DNA of 64,000 nucleotides from an uncultured Bacteriovoracaceae bacterium. GTDB taxonomy: Bacteria > Bdellovibrionota > UBA2428. A program made the translations under genes and the position numbers. Under the pieces are notes generated by a model. It had not been told where the DNA came from and searched no databases. It worked only from the letters and a program-made list of their open reading frames with translations. Shown piece after piece: positions 42,501-50,435 of the stretch; the first letter of the stretch is position 1; the number at the start of each line of letters is the position of its first letter. The stretch lies in contig CAYOWH010000002.1 in assembly GCA_964407615.1 (NCBI GenBank), forward strand, positions 3,472 through 67,471, given 5' to 3'.

Positions 42501-44670
42501 CTGTTCCTATATCAGTAGGATATATCCAAAATTCAATAGTATATTTAGAATTTTTAGTATGTAAGAACTTCCAATCAGAATCTTTTCCAGCACTTAAATA
42601 TCCAGTACCATCAAAATACGAACTCCAACCTAAATTTGTTATAATTCTAGAAACTTTAGATGTATCTGGAACAGAGACTTCCGCATCAACATTAATTGTA
42701 TTTGCGATAGCAAGTTTATCAATTCTAAAAGAAGTAAGGTTTATAATTTCAGATATAATAGAATCATTAGGAATTCCGATAGATTTTATTTTAGCACAAA
42801 CTAATAATGAAGATGTGTTAAAAGTGGACAATATATTACTATTTGTCAATGTACTCACTAATAAAGAAGATATAATTGTATCTATTAATATCTCAACATC
42901 AATTTGAGTAGCAGTAGCATCATAAAATATTTCAAATTCAGTATCACTAATAATTTTAGTTATAAATGAACCATCTGGTATATTTGGACCACTAACTCTC
43001 ATTCCAACACTTATACCATCAGTACTTTGTACCACAATTACCTTACTATCTTTTGTGGTTTTCGCTAACATTCTCTTCTTGGAGGCAAATCTAACAGTTA
43101 CATTAAATCCATCATCAGAAGCAACATTACTAACAATTACAGTGTTGAAATCATCAATTCTAACCACCACTGTATTTTTAGGAAATAAACTTGTAACAAC
43201 ATCCATCCCTAAAAATATGCCAACTGTAGATGGGACTTTTATCGTATTACTATTTTTTAATACAGTACAATTATCAACATTTGAAGCAGGTATTATATCC
43301 GCTACAATATCATAAACCGCTCCACCCTCTACTGTGTTGTTATTAATCCTTATTGTTGTAGGACTAATTAATTCCGTTATTTTAGAATCTATGGGTATTT
43401 TAGGACCCGAAATTCTCATTCCGGGGACTAAATATGGAGTTTCCGTAATAGTTAAAACATCCGTATATTTAGTAACATCAACTCTATTTATTGTAACTGA
43501 TGTCGATAAATTAGCTATACTTTTGCCGGTAGACAATGCAAGTGTGTTTATCCCAAATGTACTTTCATCAGTAATTGAATTTATTAAACTTGACGATAAT
43601 ATGTAAGGAAGTTGTGTCGTATATGAATATATTGGACCCGTATCTGTCAATATTTGATTGATTTCAGGGTTATATATCCTCATTCCAGTACATAATTTTT
43701 TAGCAGTTTGCCCTAAATTAACCCATTTTTTATCTATAGTTACAGTACTATTATTTTGTATAGTATCAATATATGCAGTTGTTATAAAATTATCATCAAA
43801 TTTTATAGTACTATCCAATACAACTTTAGCAGTTTTACTTATAGAACTTACATTTGTGATATTAGTTATTACGCAATCGTAATCTCCTACAAAACTCCTG
43901 TTTACAATAGGTTCAAAATATACACATGTTAATACATTTACATCTGTCAATGTGGTTAATGTATCCGGTATTTCTACTTTATTTTTTCTCCAATAAAATG
44001 TAGCTGGATATGCTCCACTAATTTCACATTTTAATGTTAAAGTTCCATTAGGAATTATTTTAACATTTTCTGGATCTTTAGTTACTTTTATAGGATAAAT
44101 TAAATCTAAATTTACTTTATTTGATGTTATAGAAGTTTTTGCATTTGAAACTATGCAATAATATTGTCCTAATTTTAATTCAGTTACATCAAAAACAGTT
44201 AAACTTTTTGTAAAAGTTAACAAAGATTTATTTTCATAAAACCACTCTACTGTTGGACTCCCTCCACCTTCATAATCTATAAAAAATACAGCATTTTCAT
44301 TTCTTTTTACAAATAATGGACTTGGTTGTAATGTTATAGCCAAAGGAGCAAATACTTGTAAAGTAACGATATCACTCTTAACGCTACCTGCTAAATTTGT
44401 TATTAAGCAAAAATAAGATCCACTGTCATTCTGAGATGCATTTTGTAATTTTAAATTTGATGAAGTTGCTCCAACAATTGGAGAATTATCTTTAAACCAC
44501 TGATAAGTTATTGGCCTTGTACCTCTAGCAAAAACTTCGAAAGTGTAATTATCTGAATATTCTATCACCCCACCTACAGGTTGTTTGATTATTTTAACAT
44601 TTTTTACGGAGCCATATCTTATGTTAGATATCCCACTAAAATGCTTTAACCCTGTAAAATATCCTCCCAT
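39562..44670 (-). CDS. giant multidomain adhesin-like protein (1702 aa): 3 N-terminal Ig(I-set)-like domains, 3 LamG/ConA-like lectin domains, a PA14 domain, C-terminal Ig-like domain
   Basis: Ig-like: [13 protein letters not shown]...[26 protein letters not shown]...[24 protein letters not shown]...[12 protein letters not shown], C-terminal [11 protein letters not shown]...[12 protein letters not shown]. LamG-like: YTIEFWIYP...[19 protein letters not shown]...[28 protein letters not shown]...[19 protein letters not shown]. PA14: [14 protein letters not shown]...[24 protein letters not shown]. Confidence 0.65.
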   Translation of the reverse strand: [1702 protein letters not shown]

Positions 44671-44674
44671 ATTA

Positions 44675-46174
44675 TTATGCTACATTAATAACTATCCAAG
44701 AACTACCATCATAAACAAATTTAGAATAATTTGTCACATTTTGTAATAATACACCATAGTAATCATTTACTTGTACTACGTGCCCGCCACCCGGTAATCT
44801 ATAAGATACTTCATAAATTAATCCAATATTATTTGAATTAATAAGAGGTAAATTTAAATTTACAATACAATTATCAGCACTAACTGCCCAAAATTTCGGA
44901 GAATCGACATTTAAACTTAACGTCGTGTTTATGTTATAATAAACAGCTGTTAAATTTACGTATGTCGATTTAGGTCTTTGCCATTGTGATGAATTAGCAG
45001 TTAATGAAGTATAAGATTGATTCCAATTACCAGATGTATTTGTTAATGCTGTATAAGACTGGTTCCAATTCGAAGAAGTGGCAGTTAATGAAGTATACGA
45101 TTGATTCCAATTACCAGATGTAGTTGTTAATGCTGTATACGATTGATTCCAATTACCAGAAGTGGTCGTCAGTGCAGTATACGATTGATTCCAATTACCA
45201 GATGTATTTGTTAATGCTGTATAAGACTGGTTCCAATTACCAGAAGTGGTCGTCAGTGCAGTATACGATTGATTCCAATTTGAAGAAGTGGCAATTAATA
45301 CTGCATAAGATTGATTCCAGTTAGCGGAAGTATTTGTTAATATAGTATAAGATTGACTCCAATTAGAAGAATTGGCAGTTAATACTGTGTATGTTTGATC
45401 CCATTTAGCGGAATTTGAAGTTAATGTGGTATATGATTGATTCCAATTACCAGAAATTGACTGTAGATTATTTAAAATTGGGGAAACTATAGATCCCTGT
45501 ACTACAAGATCATCAACCGTAGTTATTCCACTAACAGATAAATTTTTACTTAATATAAAATTTTCGGATGCACTTAAATCTAATCCAAATTTTATATTAG
45601 TTTTATTAATTTCTAAACAATCATCTTTTAAATTAGAAGAAAATTTAGCAATAATATTATTCGTTGACGAATTCTGTTTTACAGATAATGTCGGACTAAT
45701 AGAACTATTATTATTTGAAATGTTTATATAATTATTTGATGAAATATAATTAGATACAGTTAAAATCCCAGTAACATTTAAAGCATCACTTATTTTAGTT
45801 TGAGGGGTATTTAAAAATACCCCATTTGCATATGATATTGTTAATGTGTTGTTCCCATTTCCCAAAACTACAGAATCTGATAAAATTGTTTCAGTGGAAG
45901 TTCCGGATAATTGAGTTATATACAATATATCTTCCACTGTCATCTCTCCAACAACTTTAGCATTCCCACCAACTTCAAATCCATCTTGTATTTTTGCGGA
46001 TAATAATTCTATCCCTGAACTTGCGCTTAATACCCCATTTACTACAAAATCTCCCTGAAAAGGTTCTTCTCTAGAAGCAATTGGATCCGTAGCACTATCC
46101 GGAAATCCTATTGTAGGAATCGAATGGTGATTTTTTCTATGTAATTTATCATGAAATCTTGCATTTCCGGCCAT
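44675..46174 (-). CDS. fibre protein (499 aa) with about 12 tandem 14-aa repeats (WNQSYTALTxTSGN)
   Basis: ATG start. The repeat block is encoded by 42-bp DNA repeats. Confidence 0.7.
   Translation of the reverse strand: MAGNARFHDKLHRKNHHSIPTIGFPDSATDPIASREEPFQGDFVVNGVLSASSGIELLSAKIQDGFEVGGNAKVVGEMTVEDILYITQLSGTSTETILSDSVVLGNGNNTLTISYANGVFLNTPQTKISDALNVTGILTVSNYISSNNYINISNNNSSISPTLSVKQNSSTNNIIAKFSSNLKDDCLEINKTNIKFGLDLSASENFILSKNLSVSGITTVDDLVVQGSIVSPILNNLQSISGNWNQSYTTLTSNSAKWDQTYTVLTANSSNWSQSYTILTNTSANWNQSYAVLIATSSNWNQSYTALTTTSGNWNQSYTALTNTSGNWNQSYTALTTTSGNWNQSYTALTTTSGNWNQSYTSLTATSSNWNQSYTALTNTSGNWNQSYTSLTANSSQWQRPKSTYVNLTAVYYNINTTLSLNVDSPKFWAVSADNCIVNLNLPLINSNNIGLIYEVSYRLPGGGHVVQVNDYYGVLLQNVTNYSKFVYDGSSWIVINVA
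44975..45465. repeat. about 12 imperfect 42-bp tandem repeats (coding)
   Basis: ttccaattaccaga recurs at 45021, 45063, 45105, 45147, 45189, 45231, 45273, 45315... Confidence 0.85.
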
Positions 46175-46179
46175 TCTAT

Positions 46180-46187
46180 TATTTATA
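46180..46187 (-). promoter_or_regulatory. T4-late-promoter-like TATAAATA box 5 nt upstream of the fibre ATG
   Basis: Minus strand reads TATAAATAatagaATG. Confidence 0.3.
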
Positions 46188-46330
46188 GAAATAAACCCAA
46201 TTTAATTAATAATGACATATTGATATTATTAATTTGATATAATTTATAAGTACTGATAAATAAAATATATTCCAGATTCATTTATATATCAATTGAACGA
46301 ATCTAGTTCTTGGGCATAATTAATTTTAAA

Positions 46331-46338
46331 TATAAATA
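46331..46338 (+). promoter_or_regulatory. T4-late-promoter-like TATAAATA box 5 nt upstream of the GTG of the lectin-like gene
   Basis: Plus strand reads TATAAATAttcttGTG. Mirror image of the box at 46180-46187. Confidence 0.3.
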
Positions 46339-46343
46339 TTCTT

Positions 46344-47123
46344 GTGTATAATAATATATCACATTTTTATGTTAAAGAGCTTTTTGATTCTAGTCATGAC
46401 GTAACATGGTCATTTCAGTACAGCTTATCGGGCAACAATAAAACTGACGGAGGATTTACTACATTTTTAAAATTATCTTCGCAAAATGCAGAATTAAATT
46501 CCGGTGGTGGTGGCGCATCTTTGGGTGTCGGATCAAAAGATGTGATTAATAAAATAGATAATATTTTATTTTGTGTGGCAATTGATAGTACGGGTTTATT
46601 TGGAACTAAGGCAACATTTCCTACTGGTTTAAATGCTCCTATAAAAAATAGCATGATTATAAGATTATTCAACGATTTAATTTATTTAACGGCTTTCCCA
46701 TTATCTTCGGTTGGACTTGATGGATTAAATTTGAATAACATATATAACACTATAAGAATAAATTACACAAATATAGGGGAAACTATTAATATAGCAAAAT
46801 TAAACAATATTACTAATGAATACGATACGTTTTTTTCATACACCACAAATTTTTCTAAAAAACTAAACGACCCAGTTCAAATAGGCTTTTCACACACATC
46901 GCCCATATTGCCTATAAATTTAAAATCAGTATTAACTTTAAAAGATATACATGCCCAAGGTCGATATGTATTTCCAAAATATGATAATTTATTTGAAAAA
47001 ATTTATGATAAAAATGGGAATTTTTTATATTATCTAAACCCTGATGGAGAAATATTATATAGTGATTCGGAATATAAAGAAAAATTAAAAGAACAAGTTG
47101 ATTTAATTGAAACTTCGGAATAA
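46344..47123 (+). CDS. L-type (legume-like) lectin / ConA-like fold protein (259 aa), GTG start
   Basis: NKTDGGFTTFLKL...NSGGGGASLGVG...FCVAIDSTGLFG parallels L-type lectin signatures ADGxAFFxAP...GGxLGL...VAVEFDT. No in-frame ATG for about 100 codons, and in-frame TAA at 46320. Confidence 0.5.
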   Translation: MYNNISHFYVKELFDSSHDVTWSFQYSLSGNNKTDGGFTTFLKLSSQNAELNSGGGGASLGVGSKDVINKIDNILFCVAIDSTGLFGTKATFPTGLNAPIKNSMIIRLFNDLIYLTAFPLSSVGLDGLNLNNIYNTIRINYTNIGETINIAKLNNITNEYDTFFSYTTNFSKKLNDPVQIGFSHTSPILPINLKSVLTLKDIHAQGRYVFPKYDNLFEKIYDKNGNFLYYLNPDGEILYSDSEYKEKLKEQVDLIETSE

Positions 47124-47202
47124 TATGATGAAATTGGTCTCCTTAAAATAAGGCCAATAGAACTACTTTCGCAGAAAGTGATGTTATAACTATAAAGAAA
47201 CT

Positions 47203-47445
47203 TTAATATAAGTGTTCTTCAACTTTTATATCATGCAGCATTCCATGATATCTGGCATCTAAATATTTTTGAAACTCTATAGGCTTAATCCATTTAAGAT
47301 TTCTATCTAAGTCTAATTTATGAGACAACTTATGGTTATTAATATAATGCATAGCTTCCAGAAGACAAAGCCATTTAGCATATGTAGATAATGACATATT
47401 AAACTTTTCACCATTGCTTAATTTTATATATAATTGTTTGTTCAT
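47203..47445 (-). CDS. hypothetical protein (80 aa)
   Basis: ATG ORF. ATGA overlap with the upstream gene stop. Confidence 0.4.
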   Translation of the reverse strand: MNKQLYIKLSNGEKFNMSLSTYAKWLCLLEAMHYINNHKLSHKLDLDRNLKWIKPIEFQKYLDARYHGMLHDIKVEEHLY

Positions 47446-47840
47446 ATTAAAAAGTTTTTACTAATATATGATAGCATAATTGTGTTTATAATATCCGAAG
47501 ATAAATCAACTTTATTGATAGCTAAAATAGATAAGCTTGATATAAGGTTATCAAAAACTTTTCTTATTGTCAAATTTTTTATATTATCCTCTTTATTTTC
47601 TGAGATAAATTCATCTCTAATAGTATTTAAAATACTAATTAAAACTTCTATTCCGGACATGGTCTTATTAGATTTCAACGAATGAAGCTCATACCAATCT
47701 AATAATTTTTTATCTTTCAATAAAAGAAATATTTTTATCTGCTTTTTCAATTCATCAGTCTCACTAGAATCGATATCTACATGTGTCAAGTTTGGCTTAA
47801 CGTGTTGCGCGTTTAATAATTCTTTAGATTGAAATTCCAT
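47442..47840 (-). CDS. hypothetical protein (about 132 aa; start moved to ATG 47840)
   Basis: Track start 47852 is GTG. In-frame ATG at 47840 lies just after the stop of the upstream gene. Confidence 0.4.
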   Translation of the reverse strand: MEFQSKELLNAQHVKPNLTHVDIDSSETDELKKQIKIFLLLKDKKLLDWYELHSLKSNKTMSGIEVLISILNTIRDEFISENKEDNIKNLTIRKVFDNLISSLSILAINKVDLSSDIINTIMLSYISKNFLI

Positions 47841-47841
47841 A

Positions 47842-48261
47842 TTATTCAGCACTTTGTTTTATTTTTTCAATAGCTTTAATAAGCTCCACATCTGCCGCAT
47901 CATTGTCTATAGGCTCCGTCGTTAAAAATGTCTTAACGTCGATATTAACAAATACATTTTTATTACATTCCAAACACTTATAATCATTATTTGAATTTAA
48001 TTTTATAGGAATAAAAACTTTATTTTCTTTATGGCAGGGACAAGTTACCTCCATTCCTTGTTTGGAAAACTCCTTTATCTTTTGAAGTTTAAGGTTTTCC
48101 ACGTAAAGATATACAATCTTTAAATAAATTTGATATAAAATTATTTGAATAACTGTAGATAATAAAAAATATTTAAAAAAACTATATATGTCATTATATA
48201 ATAATAAAGATACAGTTAAGCTTACAATAAATAACGCCGAAAGGCTTCTCAAAATATTCAT
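47842..48261 (-). CDS. small membrane protein with 2 predicted N-terminal transmembrane helices and C-terminal Cys-rich zinc-ribbon-like motif (139 aa)
   Basis: LSALFIVSLTVSLLLY and FLLSTVIQIILYQIYLKIV hydrophobic helices. TCPCHKEN...YKCLECNK. Confidence 0.45.
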   Translation of the reverse strand: MNILRSLSALFIVSLTVSLLLYNDIYSFFKYFLLSTVIQIILYQIYLKIVYLYVENLKLQKIKEFSKQGMEVTCPCHKENKVFIPIKLNSNNDYKCLECNKNVFVNIDVKTFLTTEPIDNDAADVELIKAIEKIKQSAE

Positions 48262-48291
48262 CTATTTAATATATCATAATTAATATATTTT

Positions 48292-48654
48292 TCAATCAAA
48301 CATTTGTAAATATCTAGGCAATTCTTTCAACAAAAAAGAATTTATAAGATGAAGAGAATCTATACTCTTTTTAAGAGCCATTTTCTGAGGTTTAGTTATG
48401 GAAGGATTTTCTAATGCCTTTTCAAAATCATTTCGCATCTTGATGGTTTTCTCCACCATATCTCCAGTATCACGTATAATATTATCTATCTCAAAAGGAA
48501 TCTGAGGTCTAGCATTTAAACTCCCAGATTTGGACATACTCTTGCTATTTCCGACCACGGTTGACATTTGACCATGATCCTCGGCAGCTTTCCCTATTCC
48601 CGTTATTTGTCTATCAGAATCTGCCATTATATACTCTAATAAATTTTTCTTCAT
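48292..48654 (-). CDS. hypothetical protein (120 aa)
   Basis: ATG ORF, first gene of the minus-strand small-gene cassette. Confidence 0.4.
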   Translation of the reverse strand: MKKNLLEYIMADSDRQITGIGKAAEDHGQMSTVVGNSKSMSKSGSLNARPQIPFEIDNIIRDTGDMVEKTIKMRNDFEKALENPSITKPQKMALKKSIDSLHLINSFLLKELPRYLQMFD

Positions 48655-48692
48655 TATAACTATTATTTATTAATTATACACTAAATAATTAC

Positions 48693-49145
48693 ATGATACA
48701 TCTATACGAAAAAACATTCAAAAAAGTTTTATCAGAAGCAGATGAAATGACAGATCTCGATGCGATGTCTAAAACTTTAGACACAAAAAAGTCTGGCGTA
48801 ACACCAGAAGATTTAGACGCGCAAACTCCAGATGATGGTATTCAATCTCAAGACAATGAATTAGTAGCTCACAATCAGCACATTAGTGCTATGCAGCAAA
48901 AAATGATTGGAGAATTGAAAGGATGGATTGATGAGTTGCAAAAATTTAGCAATTTCCTAAATGGAACTCACGAACAATCAATGCAAAGTAGATTAAAAAA
49001 TTGTGCTCCAGATTCCTTATTTGATAAAATTAGGATTGCCGAAACCAAGAAAATAGCCAGAGTATCTATGGAAGTAGTTTCCTTAAATGAAATGTTGAAA
49101 GGTTATTTAGCAAATTCCAAAGATCCCAAATTCTTGGGGGTCTAA
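48693..49145 (+). CDS. hypothetical protein (150 aa), plus-strand island gene
   Basis: ATG ORF. Stop overlaps the primase stop (convergent). Confidence 0.45.
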   Translation: MIHLYEKTFKKVLSEADEMTDLDAMSKTLDTKKSGVTPEDLDAQTPDDGIQSQDNELVAHNQHISAMQQKMIGELKGWIDELQKFSNFLNGTHEQSMQSRLKNCAPDSLFDKIRIAETKKIARVSMEVVSLNEMLKGYLANSKDPKFLGV

Positions 49146-50176
49146 AAATTTAAATTATATTTTTTTAATTTTAAAACACCTTCATCTCCGGTGAATGTGT
49201 TTTTTATTATCCATTCTGGAGTTATGTGCTGCATGTAACCCAACATTGCAATGTCATTAAAATCCTTACACAAATTTCCTATTTTTTTAGGCCAAATAAA
49301 TACATTGTACCCTTCTTGCAAAAGTTTTATGGATTTCACATAAGATGCTCTATCTTTATGTTGCGAATCTAATACCCATACAATATTATGAAATGGATAT
49401 AATCTCAACTGGTCATGTTGAATTCCTTTAAAAATTTTATTGCTATTTTCCTGAATACCTCCTATAGCTACTCCATTTTTAATAAAAGTGGAATCAAATG
49501 GACCTTCGAAAACAAAAATATTATCGTAATCGCTATCAATATTATTATAATTAAATAGGCAAGAATTTCCTCCAATTTTTGTAAGATACCTTATTCCAGT
49601 ATCAGTCAAATCCCTAGACTGATAGGTTAAAACCTTATCCCTCTCATCAAAAAAAGGTATAATTAATCTATTTTTATGATATTTGTCGTCTAAAGAAATA
49701 AAATATTTTTTTGGCCTATTAACAGCTACGTCCAACTTTCTTTTCTTTAAAAATTCCAAAGCTAGTTTGACATGTTTATTATTTCTATAATAATCCAATT
49801 GATTGTTATCAAACAAATTAATTTCATTCAAAGGTAAATCAGGAATTTCTATGGGCTTTTTTTCTTCAATAAAAACCGCATTTGAAGATGACACCGAATC
49901 TCCAGAACAAAATAATTTATAATCAGCTAGTAATTGTATGAAATTTATATTGGATACTCTCAAAATCCAATCAATTGGCGGCATCGTAACAGAACAATTT
50001 AGACAAGATATTCTGTTATATTCAGGAACATATGCACACCTTTTCTTTTTACCAAAAGAATTACCCTCCCTACATAATGGACAACATCCTACATATTTAT
50101 CATTATCTCTATTATAAGATGAATACGGAGATAACTGAAGAAACTTATATGATATATATTCTCTTGGAAACTTCAT
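49142..50176 (-). CDS. DNA primase, T4 gp61-like (zinc ribbon plus Toprim). Start moved to ATG 50176.
   Basis: CCPLCREGNSFGKKKRCAYVP...ISCLNCSVTM zinc ribbon. FVFEGPFDSTFIKNGVAIGG matches T4 gp61 VVLEGPIDSLFLPNAVAM. Track start is TTG. Confidence 0.7.
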   Translation of the reverse strand: MKFPREYISYKFLQLSPYSSYNRDNDKYVGCCPLCREGNSFGKKKRCAYVPEYNRISCLNCSVTMPPIDWILRVSNINFIQLLADYKLFCSGDSVSSSNAVFIEEKKPIEIPDLPLNEINLFDNNQLDYYRNNKHVKLALEFLKKRKLDVAVNRPKKYFISLDDKYHKNRLIIPFFDERDKVLTYQSRDLTDTGIRYLTKIGGNSCLFNYNNIDSDYDNIFVFEGPFDSTFIKNGVAIGGIQENSNKIFKGIQHDQLRLYPFHNIVWVLDSQHKDRASYVKSIKLLQEGYNVFIWPKKIGNLCKDFNDIAMLGYMQHITPEWIIKNTFTGDEGVLKLKKYNLNF

Positions 50177-50214
50177 CAAGAGATATCATGCCATAAATGG
50201 CTAAAAATTCAAGT

Positions 50215-50424
50215 TTAATGGAAGATTTCTTTACTGGTAACATCCTCATTAGTCTCAGCATCAAGGATTTTAATTAAACCTTTTCTTAAAAAGACTCCAG
50301 AAGATGGACAAGTCCAAGAAGCTTCCACATAAATTCTATTACCAATCCTTCTCTCTGTAATTACAGGTTTTGTAGGATTTCCACTAATAGGAGATTCGAT
50401 GATAATAGGTCTTACAATATTCAT
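50215..50424 (-). CDS. hypothetical protein (about 69 aa; start moved to ATG 50424)
   Basis: Track start TTG at 50439. Internal ATG gives MNIVRPIII... Confidence 0.35.
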   Translation of the reverse strand: MNIVRPIIIESPISGNPTKPVITERRIGNRIYVEASWTCPSSGVFLRKGLIKILDAETNEDVTSKEIFH

Positions 50425-50435
50425 ATATTTATTTA

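Noticed and set aside
44975-45465. Tandem repeats considered as a possible CRISPR array
   Set aside because: The repeats are contiguous without spacers, are in-frame coding repeats of a fibre protein, and the same holds for the 120-bp duplication at 39061-39300.
47170-47183. Short hairpin ctttcGCAgaaag between the convergent lectin-like gene and the 80-aa gene
   Set aside because: Only a 5-bp stem with no U-tract, so too weak to call a terminator.
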